Positions 1 to 8,801 of a DNA stretch of 64,000 bases are shown piece by piece. A program made the position numbers and the translations under genes. Location: NCBI GenBank assembly GCA_047947115.1, contig CP170459.1, positions 2,144,001 through 2,208,000 of the forward strand. Reading direction: 5' to 3'. This DNA is from Verrucomicrobiota bacterium. GTDB lineage: Bacteria > Verrucomicrobiota > Verrucomicrobiia > Limisphaerales > AAA164-E04. How positions within the stretch are numbered: position 1 is the first letter of the stretch; each line of letters starts with the position of its first letter. The notes below the pieces were generated by a model. The model saw nothing but the letters and a program-made list of their open reading frames with translations, did not search any database and was not told where the DNA came from.

Positions 1-2793
1 GGTCCGCGACCCATCTTTCGCGGGCAGGTTCGTTTTGAAACGGATCCTTTGCCGCCGCGGGTTGAGTTGACAGGCAATGGAGAACGGTTGGTGCTGGCAG
101 AAAAAATCGAGGATGCCAGCCTGCCCGAAGGTTCGTTCTCCGTCGAAACATGGCTGAAGATCAACGAACTTTCGCCCAAGGCTGGAATTATTGGCGCGGT
201 GCAGGACGATGCTTCTGCCAAGGCGGGTTGGATTCTGGGGCACCGAAATGAACACTTCTTTTTCGGTCTCGCCTCTGAAAAAGGGCAGGGCATGACCTAC
301 ATTCAAAGCAAAGCTCCCTTCATGGTGGGTAAATGGCATCATGTTGTAGCGAGTTTTTCCGGAGATCGGATGGAACTATGGTTGGATGGAAATCAGGTTG
401 CCCAGTCTGATGCTCAGAATGGGAAGGTTCGGTATCCTGAAAACCTGACTTACGAAATAGGAGCTTTTCATGATGCCGACGAGCACCATGCGCTGGTGGG
501 AGCCATTCATGAAATTTACTTGTTGGATGGTGCGATGGGTAGTGGATTGATTCAGGCGCGTTACCGTGACAAGAGAGACTACTTTCCAAAGCCAGGTCCC
601 GATCCGGTGATCATGCCTGTTGCTTATGGACCCTTTATTGATTGGCAGGGAAAAGAGAAGGTCCGCATTTCATGGGAAGTGGATGCATCCATGCCTACTC
701 GGATTGATCTGATGGGGCCCGAAGGCGAATTCAGACAATTTTCGGTGCCAATGGATTCCAGGAAACATGAAGTCGTGTTTGATCAGTTGCAACGTGATGC
801 GGAATATCAATTCCGTATTCATGGTCCTGATGCAGGTGAGCGTGCCCAGTTCACCAAGCTTTATGAGTTTGATACTTCCTTTTACTACGCTCCGTTTCAA
901 ACTTCCAATCCGGAGGCAGGTTCCGAATTGGCCCAAACTTTTTCAAAATATGAATCCAGCATGTCCGGACTTTTGAATGCGACCGGACGCGAACGCGGTT
1001 TTGGTTTGATTCTGGGAGCTGGTGACAGGGAGCAAAGCATGGCTTTTGCGCTGGCTCATTTGAGTGAATACAAGTTGGTTTTGGTGGACCCTTCCGAAAA
1101 AAAGGTTCAGTCCGCTCGACAAGCATTGGACGAAGCCGGAGTTTATGGTGAGCGGGTAACGGTGCATCAGGGTGATTACTCATCTCTTCCCTATGGAACC
1201 TTTTTTGCCAATTTGATCCTGGTTCCCGATGCGGCTTTGGTAACAAAGGATCAGGCGGGCGATCTGAACTGGCTGAAACGCATGGTTCGCCCCGCTGGAG
1301 GAACCATCTGTGTGGCGGTGACTGCGGATACTCCGTTTTCTGAAGTCAAAAGTGTCTCGGATGCGCTTTCAGATTTTCAAGTGAATGTGCGTAAGGGCGC
1401 GGAACAATCTTGGGTAATGGCCAAACGTGGTGAATTGGTCGGAGCAGGTGAGTGGAGTCATCAGTACGGCGGTGCGGATAATTCCTCCTGCAGTCAGGAT
1501 GCTCTGGTTCATGGCGAACTGGGAGTCTTGTGGTGGGGGGATCCGGGTCCTCGTCCGATGCCGGATCGTGGTCCTCGCAATCCGGCGCCGGTGTCTGTCA
1601 ATGGCCGGTTATTCATTCAGGGGGATCGCACATTGTTCGGAGTGGACTCCTACAACGGAACCATCCTGTGGAACTATTTCAGTCCTGAAATGCGTCGCTC
1701 GAACATGCCCCGTGATTGCAGTAACATGATCGGTACGCATGATTACCTTTATATTGCTCAGGGACGCTATTGTATTGGGATTGAAGGGGACACCGGGGAA
1801 CGAAAACTGCGTTTTGAAGTGATGCGCCCGGAAGGTTCCCCGCAAGTGGACTGGGGGTACATGGCCACGGTGAAGGATATGCTGATCGGGAGCAGTGTGA
1901 AATCAGGCGGCGGTTATCTTGGTGACGACGGTGAGTGGTTTGAAGAATACCATCCGGAAGACGTCAGCCGTGTGGTGAGCAATGGTTTGTTCGGACTCAA
2001 CCGTCACTCCGGTGAACAAGTTTGGAGTTATCAGGGCGGGGCCATTATCAATTCCACGATCACCATAGGAAACGGGGAGATCTATTTTCTGGAAAGCCTG
2101 AACCCGGAAGCGATGGCCTCGACCTCCGGAAGGTTGGAGCCTGAGGTTCTGACCGAGGTGCGGCTGGTTTGTCTGGATTTGGAAAGTGGTCAACAACAGT
2201 GGGAGCGGGTGCATGACTTCAGCTCCTGTCAATTCATGACCTACATGAGTTTCAGCAACGACACCTTGGTGGTCACTGGAGCTGACAAAAACAAGCACTA
2301 TCACACCTTTGCATTCAACACTGCCACGCAAGAGGTAAAAGGTGATTTGAATCAAGCGCCGATGGCTGCCGGATCGTTGTTGTGGGAGGAAAGTCACGAG
2401 GCCGGAAAGAATCATCATAGCGGTCATTTGCAGCATCCCGTGGTCATTGGGGACACGTTCTATTCCGACCAAAGGGCCTTCAGTTTAAGGGATGGTAAAC
2501 TGCTTCGGACTGATCTCCCCGAGCGTCGTGGTTGCGGTACGATGTCAGCGGCGTTGAACAGTATTTTTTACCGTCATTATTATCATGGACAATGGGATCT
2601 GGAAACTGACAAACGGGTGCAGTTCGAGGGGCTCCGAAGTGGTTGCTGGCTGGGGATGATTCCGGCCGGTGGACTGTTGCTGGCCCCGGAAGCCAGCGCC
2701 GGATGCTCCTGTGCCAATGCGATTCAGACATCTGTCGGCTATGTGCCCAAGCACCTTGATCCCGCCGGATTTACGAAGACACAGATTCCTTGA
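1..2793 (+). CDS. 5'-truncated multidomain protein: LamG/concanavalin-like jellyroll + FN3-like + class I SAM-methyltransferase-like + PQQ-like beta-propeller (PVC family)
   Basis: Frame is open from base 1 (GPRPIFRGQV...), so the true start is upstream of the window. LamG motifs FSVETW, KWHHVVASF, LWLDG; MTase-like GLILGAGD..VLVDP and VRPAGG; propeller region EWSHQYG, LWWGDPGP, YNGTILW; C-terminal GCGT/GCW/GCSC. Confidence 0.8.
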   Translation, partial: GPRPIFRGQVRFETDPLPPRVELTGNGERLVLAEKIEDASLPEGSFSVETWLKINELSPKAGIIGAVQDDASAKAGWILGHRNEHFFFGLASEKGQGMTYIQSKAPFMVGKWHHVVASFSGDRMELWLDGNQVAQSDAQNGKVRYPENLTYEIGAFHDADEHHALVGAIHEIYLLDGAMGSGLIQARYRDKRDYFPKPGPDPVIMPVAYGPFIDWQGKEKVRISWEVDASMPTRIDLMGPEGEFRQFSVPMDSRKHEVVFDQLQRDAEYQFRIHGPDAGERAQFTKLYEFDTSFYYAPFQTSNPEAGSELAQTFSKYESSMSGLLNATGRERGFGLILGAGDREQSMAFALAHLSEYKLVLVDPSEKKVQSARQALDEAGVYGERVTVHQGDYSSLPYGTFFANLILVPDAALVTKDQAGDLNWLKRMVRPAGGTICVAVTADTPFSEVKSVSDALSDFQVNVRKGAEQSWVMAKRGELVGAGEWSHQYGGADNSSCSQDALVHGELGVLWWGDPGPRPMPDRGPRNPAPVSVNGRLFIQGDRTLFGVDSYNGTILWNYFSPEMRRSNMPRDCSNMIGTHDYLYIAQGRYCIGIEGDTGERKLRFEVMRPEGSPQVDWGYMATVKDMLIGSSVKSGGGYLGDDGEWFEEYHPEDVSRVVSNGLFGLNRHSGEQVWSYQGGAIINSTITIGNGEIYFLESLNPEAMASTSGRLEPEVLTEVRLVCLDLESGQQQWERVHDFSSCQFMTYMSFSNDTLVVTGADKNKHYHTFAFNTATQEVKGDLNQAPMAAGSLLWEESHEAGKNHHSGHLQHPVVIGDTFYSDQRAFSLRDGKLLRTDLPERRGCGTMSAALNSIFYRHYYHGQWDLETDKRVQFEGLRSGCWLGMIPAGGLLLAPEASAGCSCANAIQTSVGYVPKHLDPAGFTKTQIP

Positions 2794-3305
2794 TAGTGAC
2801 CGTGAGCAACATCCCGCCACCAGATTCATATTTTCTGTCCAGCGCCGAGGGGTGGCTGTTGTTGGGAAATCCCATCGAAGCTCTCGGGGAGTTGGATAAA
2901 ATCAAACCGGCCATGCGGGTGCGTCCGGAGTATTCGGAGCTCAAATGGCGGATCTTTGCCGATACCAAGCAATGGGACGAAGCTTTGGAACTGGCCGAGG
3001 GGATGGTGAGGGAATTGCCGGATCATTCCGGTGGATATATCCTGCGGTCCTATGCTCTTAGAAGAGCCGCCAAGGGCTCCGTCAAAAAAGCAACCACCGC
3101 GTTGCTGGAAGCGGCGGCCAAGTTTCCAAAGGAACCGATCATTCCATATAACCTGGCCTGCTATGCCTGCCAGTCCGGCGACCTTCCTCAAGCCAGAAAA
3201 TTCTTTCGCATGGCGTTGGAAATTGGAGATCGAAAGGAACTTCTGAAGATGGCCAGCATGGATAACGATCTCGAACTGCTCTGGAGTGAATTAAAATACC
3301 TGTAA
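2790..3305 (+). CDS. TPR-repeat protein with a YNLAC...D-x-DL C-terminal motif
   Basis: Helical repeats and IIPYNLACYACQSG...MDNDL. Abuts or overlaps the upstream stop; the start may be GTG at 2796 or 2802. Confidence 0.8.
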   Translation: MIVTVSNIPPPDSYFLSSAEGWLLLGNPIEALGELDKIKPAMRVRPEYSELKWRIFADTKQWDEALELAEGMVRELPDHSGGYILRSYALRRAAKGSVKKATTALLEAAAKFPKEPIIPYNLACYACQSGDLPQARKFFRMALEIGDRKELLKMASMDNDLELLWSELKYL

Positions 3306-3319
3306 GCGCATTGGGGATC

Positions 3320-4411
3320 TTAATTTGAAAGAGCCTTCCAACTATCCGGGAAAACGCGTTGAATGTTTCTGCGGTAGATTTTATCAATGACCGTTCGCGG
3401 TAGTTTGAGTCCTTTCACCGGCATATCGAGCACAGGGACGGTTTGCTCCTCATCCGTGCAAAGGTATGTCCAGTCGGATATCCAACGTTGTTGCATCTGG
3501 TAATAGGCTGCTTTTGCCTGCCCGGGAGCTGTCACTCCTCCGTCTGTTCCATAAACGATGCGGTCCTGGTATTTGACGAAAAAGTCTCGGACGCGTTGAA
3601 GGTCTTGATTGGATTGATACTGGATCTGTCCCATGCGAGCAGCTGTGTCGACCACCGCGTTGGGATACTTGTCCAGAAACTTGCCCAACTCCTCGACACT
3701 CCATTCCAGACTCCCGAAGTGTGCCCCGATGAACAATAGATTGGGGTGTTTGTCCAGCATGCGGTTGCGTGCGTTGATCTGATCTTCGTAGGAAGGCATC
3801 TCGGGGTGGAGATACATGTGGTATTTGGGATTGCGTTGGAAATAATTCCGATCGTTTTTGACGGTCATTTCGTCCAGTGGCAACCAGCAGTTTTTGGGTT
3901 CTCCCAGATGCCCCATCAAGCGAATGCTCTTTTGTTCAAGATAATCAAACACCGGATCGAATTGAGGATCATCAATCATGACCAATTTGCCGTCCTTGTC
4001 CCGAAACTCCATGCCAATGTCCTTCCAAACCTTGACGGCAACGGCGCCATTTCTAAAAGTGGCCTCCAGGTATTGGATCGTTTTTTCAATCCAGTCCACA
4101 TCATCCCACCCTTCAAGCGGAAACGCGGAAGCCACTTCCACCCGTCCGGGATGTACCGATTTTTGTGCGAAAGAAGCCTGGTGTTTTTGTTTCAGTTCCG
4201 TGGAGTCGGCAGTGTGCACCACGACGTTCAGGAATTTGAATCGATCCTGCGCCGCCAGCTCGACGAATTTGGGTTCAACCGTGCGGATGTGGAAGTGGGA
4301 ATCAAATTTCTCCACATGATCATAGTCCTCCACGGAGTAATAAGCCTCCTGTGCGTTCATCGCCGTAGCACAGACCAAGACGGTCCAAAAGGTCGTTAAC
4401 AGAGTTCTCAT
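3320..4411 (-). CDS. Secreted amidohydrolase-family (amidohydro_2-like) metallo-hydrolase
   Basis: Signal peptide MRTLLTTFWTVLVCATAMNA. HxH (FDSHFH), AVKVWK, IGAHFG and YGTD motifs. Start chosen at ATG 4411. Confidence 0.8.
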   Translation of the reverse strand: MRTLLTTFWTVLVCATAMNAQEAYYSVEDYDHVEKFDSHFHIRTVEPKFVELAAQDRFKFLNVVVHTADSTELKQKHQASFAQKSVHPGRVEVASAFPLEGWDDVDWIEKTIQYLEATFRNGAVAVKVWKDIGMEFRDKDGKLVMIDDPQFDPVFDYLEQKSIRLMGHLGEPKNCWLPLDEMTVKNDRNYFQRNPKYHMYLHPEMPSYEDQINARNRMLDKHPNLLFIGAHFGSLEWSVEELGKFLDKYPNAVVDTAARMGQIQYQSNQDLQRVRDFFVKYQDRIVYGTDGGVTAPGQAKAAYYQMQQRWISDWTYLCTDEEQTVPVLDMPVKGLKLPRTVIDKIYRRNIQRVFPDSWKALSN

Positions 4412-4519
4412 GATTTCCAATCCTATCGGTCCAGATTGCAGGTCGGAAGGTTTAAATAACCGGGCGGTGGTGTTTTTTTGAGTATTGAATTTGCACAAAA
4501 TGATTGATACAGTCGGTCT

Positions 4520-4741
4520 ATGAATTGGGAAGACTGCCATGCAGTGGAATCAAGCCCCGACAAAATGGGGGGGGCGGTCGTTTTCGTGGGGACACGCATT
4601 CCCGTGTCGACTCTTTTTGAGAATTTCAAAGCAGGAGCGACTATAGATGAATTCCTTGATTGGTTTCCGGGGTCTGACAGAGGACAAATAGAAGCCGTTT
4701 TGAATTTTTTGGCCGGATCCGAACCTCAGTGCGCTGCATGA
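4520..4741 (+). CDS. DUF433 domain antitoxin
   Basis: SPDKMGGAVVFVGTRIPVSTLFENFKAGATIDEFLDWFP is a typical DUF433 sequence. Confidence 0.9.
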   Translation: MNWEDCHAVESSPDKMGGAVVFVGTRIPVSTLFENFKAGATIDEFLDWFPGSDRGQIEAVLNFLAGSEPQCAA

Positions 4742-5049
4742 GGATACTTTTTGACCAAGGAACGTCATAACCTCTTAGCAAATTCCTGCCACAAGGTTCG
4801 GTGAAGACTGCCGCATGGCATGGCTGGAGCGGTCTGTCCAATGGCGATCTGATCGCAGCTGCGGAAGAGGCTGGGTATGATGTGTTGGTCACGACTGATA
4901 GGAATTTAAGGTATCAACAAAACCTCGCGTATTGAAAAATCGCCATTGCGGTCGTTCTTCAACCGGCATGGCCAATTTTAAAAATGCGCGCCACAGAGGT
5001 AGCGAAATTTATTTTGTCGATGAATAGTGGCAAATACATCGAAATTTGA
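4738..5049 (+). pseudogene. PIN-like (DUF5615/VapC45-type) toxin pseudogene with two in-frame stops
   Basis: Reads MRILFDQGTS*PLSKFL...GWSGLSNGDLIAAAEEAGYDVLVTTDRNLRYQQNLAY*KIAIAVV...IEI*. TAA at 4768-4770 and TGA at 4933-4935; ATGA overlap with the DUF433 stop. Confidence 0.85.
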
Positions 5050-5128
5050 ACATTTGAATATTCATTGAGCTTTATAGGGCTGGATCTTTCAAATTGAATT
5101 TTAGCGGATTCGAACCCACTATTTCCGC

Positions 5129-6562
5129 ATGATCCGATATTCAAGTATTTGGTATGCATTACTGTCGCTTTGTGTGGGGACTTTTTCTGGCGATGCGGCT
5201 GCGCAGCTTCCGAACTTTTTGATCATTATGGCGGATGATTGTACCCACAATGATCTGCCCGTGTATGGTGGCAAGAATGCGAAGACACCGAACATCGATC
5301 GACTGGCTTCGCAGGGGGTGGTGTTTGATCGCGCCTATTTGACTTCAGCCATGTGCCAGCCCTGCAGAGCTGAGCTTTATACGGGATTGTATCCGATGCG
5401 AAATGGATGTGCCTGGAATCATTCCGCCAGTCGTCCCGGGATTACCAGCATGCCGCATCATCTTTCAAAACTTGGCTATCGCCTCGGGTTGGCTGGGAAG
5501 GTGCATGTCAGTCCGAAATCGGTGTTTCCTTTCGAAGCGGTGGATGGCTTTGATGACAATTGCGTTCGCAATCCGACACGTGCGCATGACTTGAAATCGG
5601 TGAGTGAATTCATCTCACGTGATACCGATCAACCCTTTTGTCTGGTGGTGGCTCTGGTTGAACCTCACGTGCCCTGGGTGATGGGGGATCCTTCCCAGTA
5701 TCCGCCGGATCAAATACAATTGCCGCCCAACATTGCCGACACGCCGCGGACGCGTGAGGATTTTGGTCGGTATCTTGCCGAGATCACTTATATGGACGGT
5801 CAGGTGGGAGAACTCATGCAGACGTTGAACTTGTCGGGCAAGTCCAACGACACCGTCGTACTGTTCACCTCCGAGCAGGGAGCCCAGTTTCCCGGTTGCA
5901 AATGGACCAATTGGGATACGGGGATCCACACGGCTTTGATCGCTCGCTGGCCGGGACGGGTGGTGGGGGGGAAACGTACCAAGGCGATGGTGCAGTATGC
6001 CGATGTGTTGCCCACTTTGATGGATATTGCGGGGGGAGCGGTTGCTTCCGGGGATTTTGATGGCAGCAGTTTCCTCGATGTCCTGACCGGACAACGCGAC
6101 AGTCACCGTACTTACACCTTTGGCATGCACAACAATGTTCCCGAAGGTCCGCCCTATCCGATTCGAAGTGTCAACAACGGTGAATACCACTACATCCGAA
6201 ATCTGAAACCTGATGAGATCTATATTGAGAAACACCTGATGGGGATGCAGGGGAATGGTCGGTTGAACAATCCGTATTGGGCCACCTGGGTATGGAATGC
6301 GACCGAGGATGAGGCAACCTACAATCTTGTGAAACGCTACACCAGTCGTCCTGCTGAGGCCTTGTATCACACGGCAACCGATCCCTATGAAATGAAAAAT
6401 CTGATCGAAGATCCAAAGCTGCAGGATGTTAAAGAACAGTTGGTCAAAGCGATGGAAAACTGGATGGAGTCCCAAGGCGATCCGGGATCCCCTCAGGATA
6501 CCTTTGAATCATTAAGGGCTTCCCGGCGGGGTGAGCATCGGTTTTTTCCGCCTTCCAACTAA
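5129..6562 (+). CDS. Cys-type (formylglycine) sulfatase, secreted
   Basis: Signal peptide; PNFLIIMADD, CQPCRAELYTG (CxPxR), GKVH, EPHVP and DPYEMKNL motifs. Confidence 0.93.
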   Translation: MIRYSSIWYALLSLCVGTFSGDAAAQLPNFLIIMADDCTHNDLPVYGGKNAKTPNIDRLASQGVVFDRAYLTSAMCQPCRAELYTGLYPMRNGCAWNHSASRPGITSMPHHLSKLGYRLGLAGKVHVSPKSVFPFEAVDGFDDNCVRNPTRAHDLKSVSEFISRDTDQPFCLVVALVEPHVPWVMGDPSQYPPDQIQLPPNIADTPRTREDFGRYLAEITYMDGQVGELMQTLNLSGKSNDTVVLFTSEQGAQFPGCKWTNWDTGIHTALIARWPGRVVGGKRTKAMVQYADVLPTLMDIAGGAVASGDFDGSSFLDVLTGQRDSHRTYTFGMHNNVPEGPPYPIRSVNNGEYHYIRNLKPDEIYIEKHLMGMQGNGRLNNPYWATWVWNATEDEATYNLVKRYTSRPAEALYHTATDPYEMKNLIEDPKLQDVKEQLVKAMENWMESQGDPGSPQDTFESLRASRRGEHRFFPPSN

Positions 6563-6661
6563 AGTTGCAGAATTGTCAAAAAGCTTGAGTTGTCATCAGC
6601 TGTTCAACCTTGTAAAACCTTGCTCGTGAATCCGACGAATGATCCCACGGTGCTGTCGCCG

Positions 6662-6931
6662 ATGATGATGTATGGATTGTGGGGATTGGGGGCAGGATTG
6701 ATTGCTTTGATCTTTCTGTGGCTCCTGAAGATTGAACCGTACGTGCGGAGGCGGACCCGTACATCAACCTTCTTTCTTTACCCCTGGGCACCTTGGAAGG
6801 ATTACCTGGACGGATTACGCGTATCCAGGCGGCACCGGCGTGGTACGCCTTCGTTCTTTCACTGGTTTCTATGGGGCAGTGCTTTGGAAGGCGTGGGAAT
6901 CATCCTCTGGCTGATCCTCTGGTTGGTTTAG
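6662..6931 (+). CDS. Small hypothetical membrane protein (2 TM)
   Basis: Two hydrophobic segments flank an Arg-rich loop; fills the gap between the sulfatase and phosphatase genes. Confidence 0.55.
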   Translation: MMMYGLWGLGAGLIALIFLWLLKIEPYVRRRTRTSTFFLYPWAPWKDYLDGLRVSRRHRRGTPSFFHWFLWGSALEGVGIILWLILWLV

Positions 6932-6982
6932 ACGCCAGGTGGTGGTTTGTTCGTCGTTCATGACCGCCGGACCATATCACTT

Positions 6983-8659
6983 TCAGAAATGCTTTTCTTC
7001 CGAAGCGTACCGCATCACTTGGTAAATATAGTTCTGCTCCTGAACGCCTCGAAATAAATGAGCCATCGGGCCGGTCGCATACACCACGACATCCTCACCT
7101 CCATGCGTTTCGCTGCCCAATGGGATGGCCGCCTCCTGGATAAAGTGTTCGCATTCGACATCCACTTCGGTCAGGTCCGGTCTGGCTTCCCTCGGGACAT
7201 GGATGTATTTCCACTCCTTGGATAGAAAGGACAATGGACCTCCTGCCTTTTCGTGAAAATGCTGTCCTCCGTTGGAGATCTCCTGAGTTTTGATATTCAC
7301 CATTGGCCCTGTGTAACCGCCTCCATTGACATAACCCAGTGTGGTGTAGGGAAGTCCAAGGGCATCTTTGGCGGGACTTTTTTCCGGTTTACCTTGTTTA
7401 TCATTGTTCACAACAAGTCCGAGGATCGGGTTTCCGCGTGTCGGGTAACCGGCAATGGTGAATGTGTGGCTGTGGTCGGCGGTAACAATGATGAGTGTCT
7501 CTTTGAGTTCCTGCTCGGTTAAACTTTCTCGAACGGCTCTGACCGCGTTGGAGAGTTCTATAGTTTCGTTCAGAGCCCTGTAGGCATTGCCGGCATGATG
7601 AGCATGGTCAATGCGTCCGGATTCAATCATCAGAAAGAAGCCTTTCTCATTCTGCCTCAGAATCTCCAATGCTTTCAGCCCCATTTCCGTCAGGGAAGGT
7701 TCCTCCGGATAAATGGGTTTTGTTCGGTCGACTTCGTATTGCATGTGGCTGTCTTGGAACAATCCCAGCAGTTTTTTTGTTTGAGTGGGATCCACCAGTT
7801 CGAAACCTTGCTTGTCGTAAACAAACGAACTTTTGGGTTTCGTCAACCATTCATTGATCAGATTGCGTTCATCTTGTCGTTTTCCTTTTGCGGATGGATT
7901 CTCGTAATCAGGCTGGGTGTTTGGGATGAAACCCAGACGACCACCGCCCAATGCGACTTCCAGTCCGTCTCCGTAAGGGAACTCGATCAGTTGTAGGGCA
8001 ATATCCTTGAACCCGGCATTAGTGGCATCTTTGTGGTTGGTTCTGACGTCTGCATCCTGTTCCCAATCCCGTTCCGGTGAATGAGAATAGCATGCGGCGG
8101 GGGTTGCGTGGGTGATTCGGGCCGTGCTGACGATTCCGGTCGACCGGCCTTCTTTTTCAAAACGTTCCAGCAGCGTTTCCACTTTCCTGGCGGAGCCTCC
8201 GAAGTCCTCCCCCGAATCATGCGCGCCGCGCACCACTTTGTCATCGTATCCCAGAGTGCCGGCCTTGGTTTTGTGTCCGGTCATGATGGCGCTCATGGTG
8301 CCAGCTGAATCGGGTGTTTGCTGGTTGCTGTTGTACACCTTGATCATGGCGGTGTTCGGGAAAGCTTCCCAGCTCAAGTAATTTTCTTCTCCGGTATCGC
8401 CATGTTGTTGACCTTCCAGGATGCGCGAAGCGGTGATGGTGGATACGCCCATGCCATCGCCAATGAACAGGATGATGTTCTTCGCGTGCCCCATGTTTGG
8501 TTGTTCTGCGAGGGCCTGTTCGAGTCGGGCTTCCTGGTTGGCGAACGAATAAGGTTCGGTTGTCGCCGCCATGCAGGCGCTGATAGCACAGGCGAACATA
8601 AGAAATCCGCGCAGCCACGATGGGGTGCAATTGCTGGTTTGGGGCATTGGATGGGTCAT
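6983..8659 (-). CDS. phoA: Alkaline phosphatase (PhoA family, His/His metal-site type)
   Basis: FIGDGMG, PDSAGT (catalytic Ser), THATPA, ESGRIDHAHH, TADHSH and THGGEDV motifs; signal peptide. Confidence 0.93.
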   Translation of the reverse strand: MTHPMPQTSNCTPSWLRGFLMFACAISACMAATTEPYSFANQEARLEQALAEQPNMGHAKNIILFIGDGMGVSTITASRILEGQQHGDTGEENYLSWEAFPNTAMIKVYNSNQQTPDSAGTMSAIMTGHKTKAGTLGYDDKVVRGAHDSGEDFGGSARKVETLLERFEKEGRSTGIVSTARITHATPAACYSHSPERDWEQDADVRTNHKDATNAGFKDIALQLIEFPYGDGLEVALGGGRLGFIPNTQPDYENPSAKGKRQDERNLINEWLTKPKSSFVYDKQGFELVDPTQTKKLLGLFQDSHMQYEVDRTKPIYPEEPSLTEMGLKALEILRQNEKGFFLMIESGRIDHAHHAGNAYRALNETIELSNAVRAVRESLTEQELKETLIIVTADHSHTFTIAGYPTRGNPILGLVVNNDKQGKPEKSPAKDALGLPYTTLGYVNGGGYTGPMVNIKTQEISNGGQHFHEKAGGPLSFLSKEWKYIHVPREARPDLTEVDVECEHFIQEAAIPLGSETHGGEDVVVYATGPMAHLFRGVQEQNYIYQVMRYASEEKHF

Positions 8660-8801
8660 GGATTGTCGTTGTTGAGTTTTGAATGCGGCTGAATCTACTT
8701 AAACAGCAATCAGCGAATCAATACTTCACATCTTGCTGAGCCCTGATGGGAAGGTTAATTCGCATATTCTCGTGGCGACTCCATTTCTTTTTGGTGACGA
8801 T

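Noticed and set aside
4768..4935. Stop-codon recoding (selenocysteine or an alternative code) in the PIN toxin
   Set aside because: The stops are of two kinds (TAA and TGA), and both codons terminate ordinary genes throughout the window.
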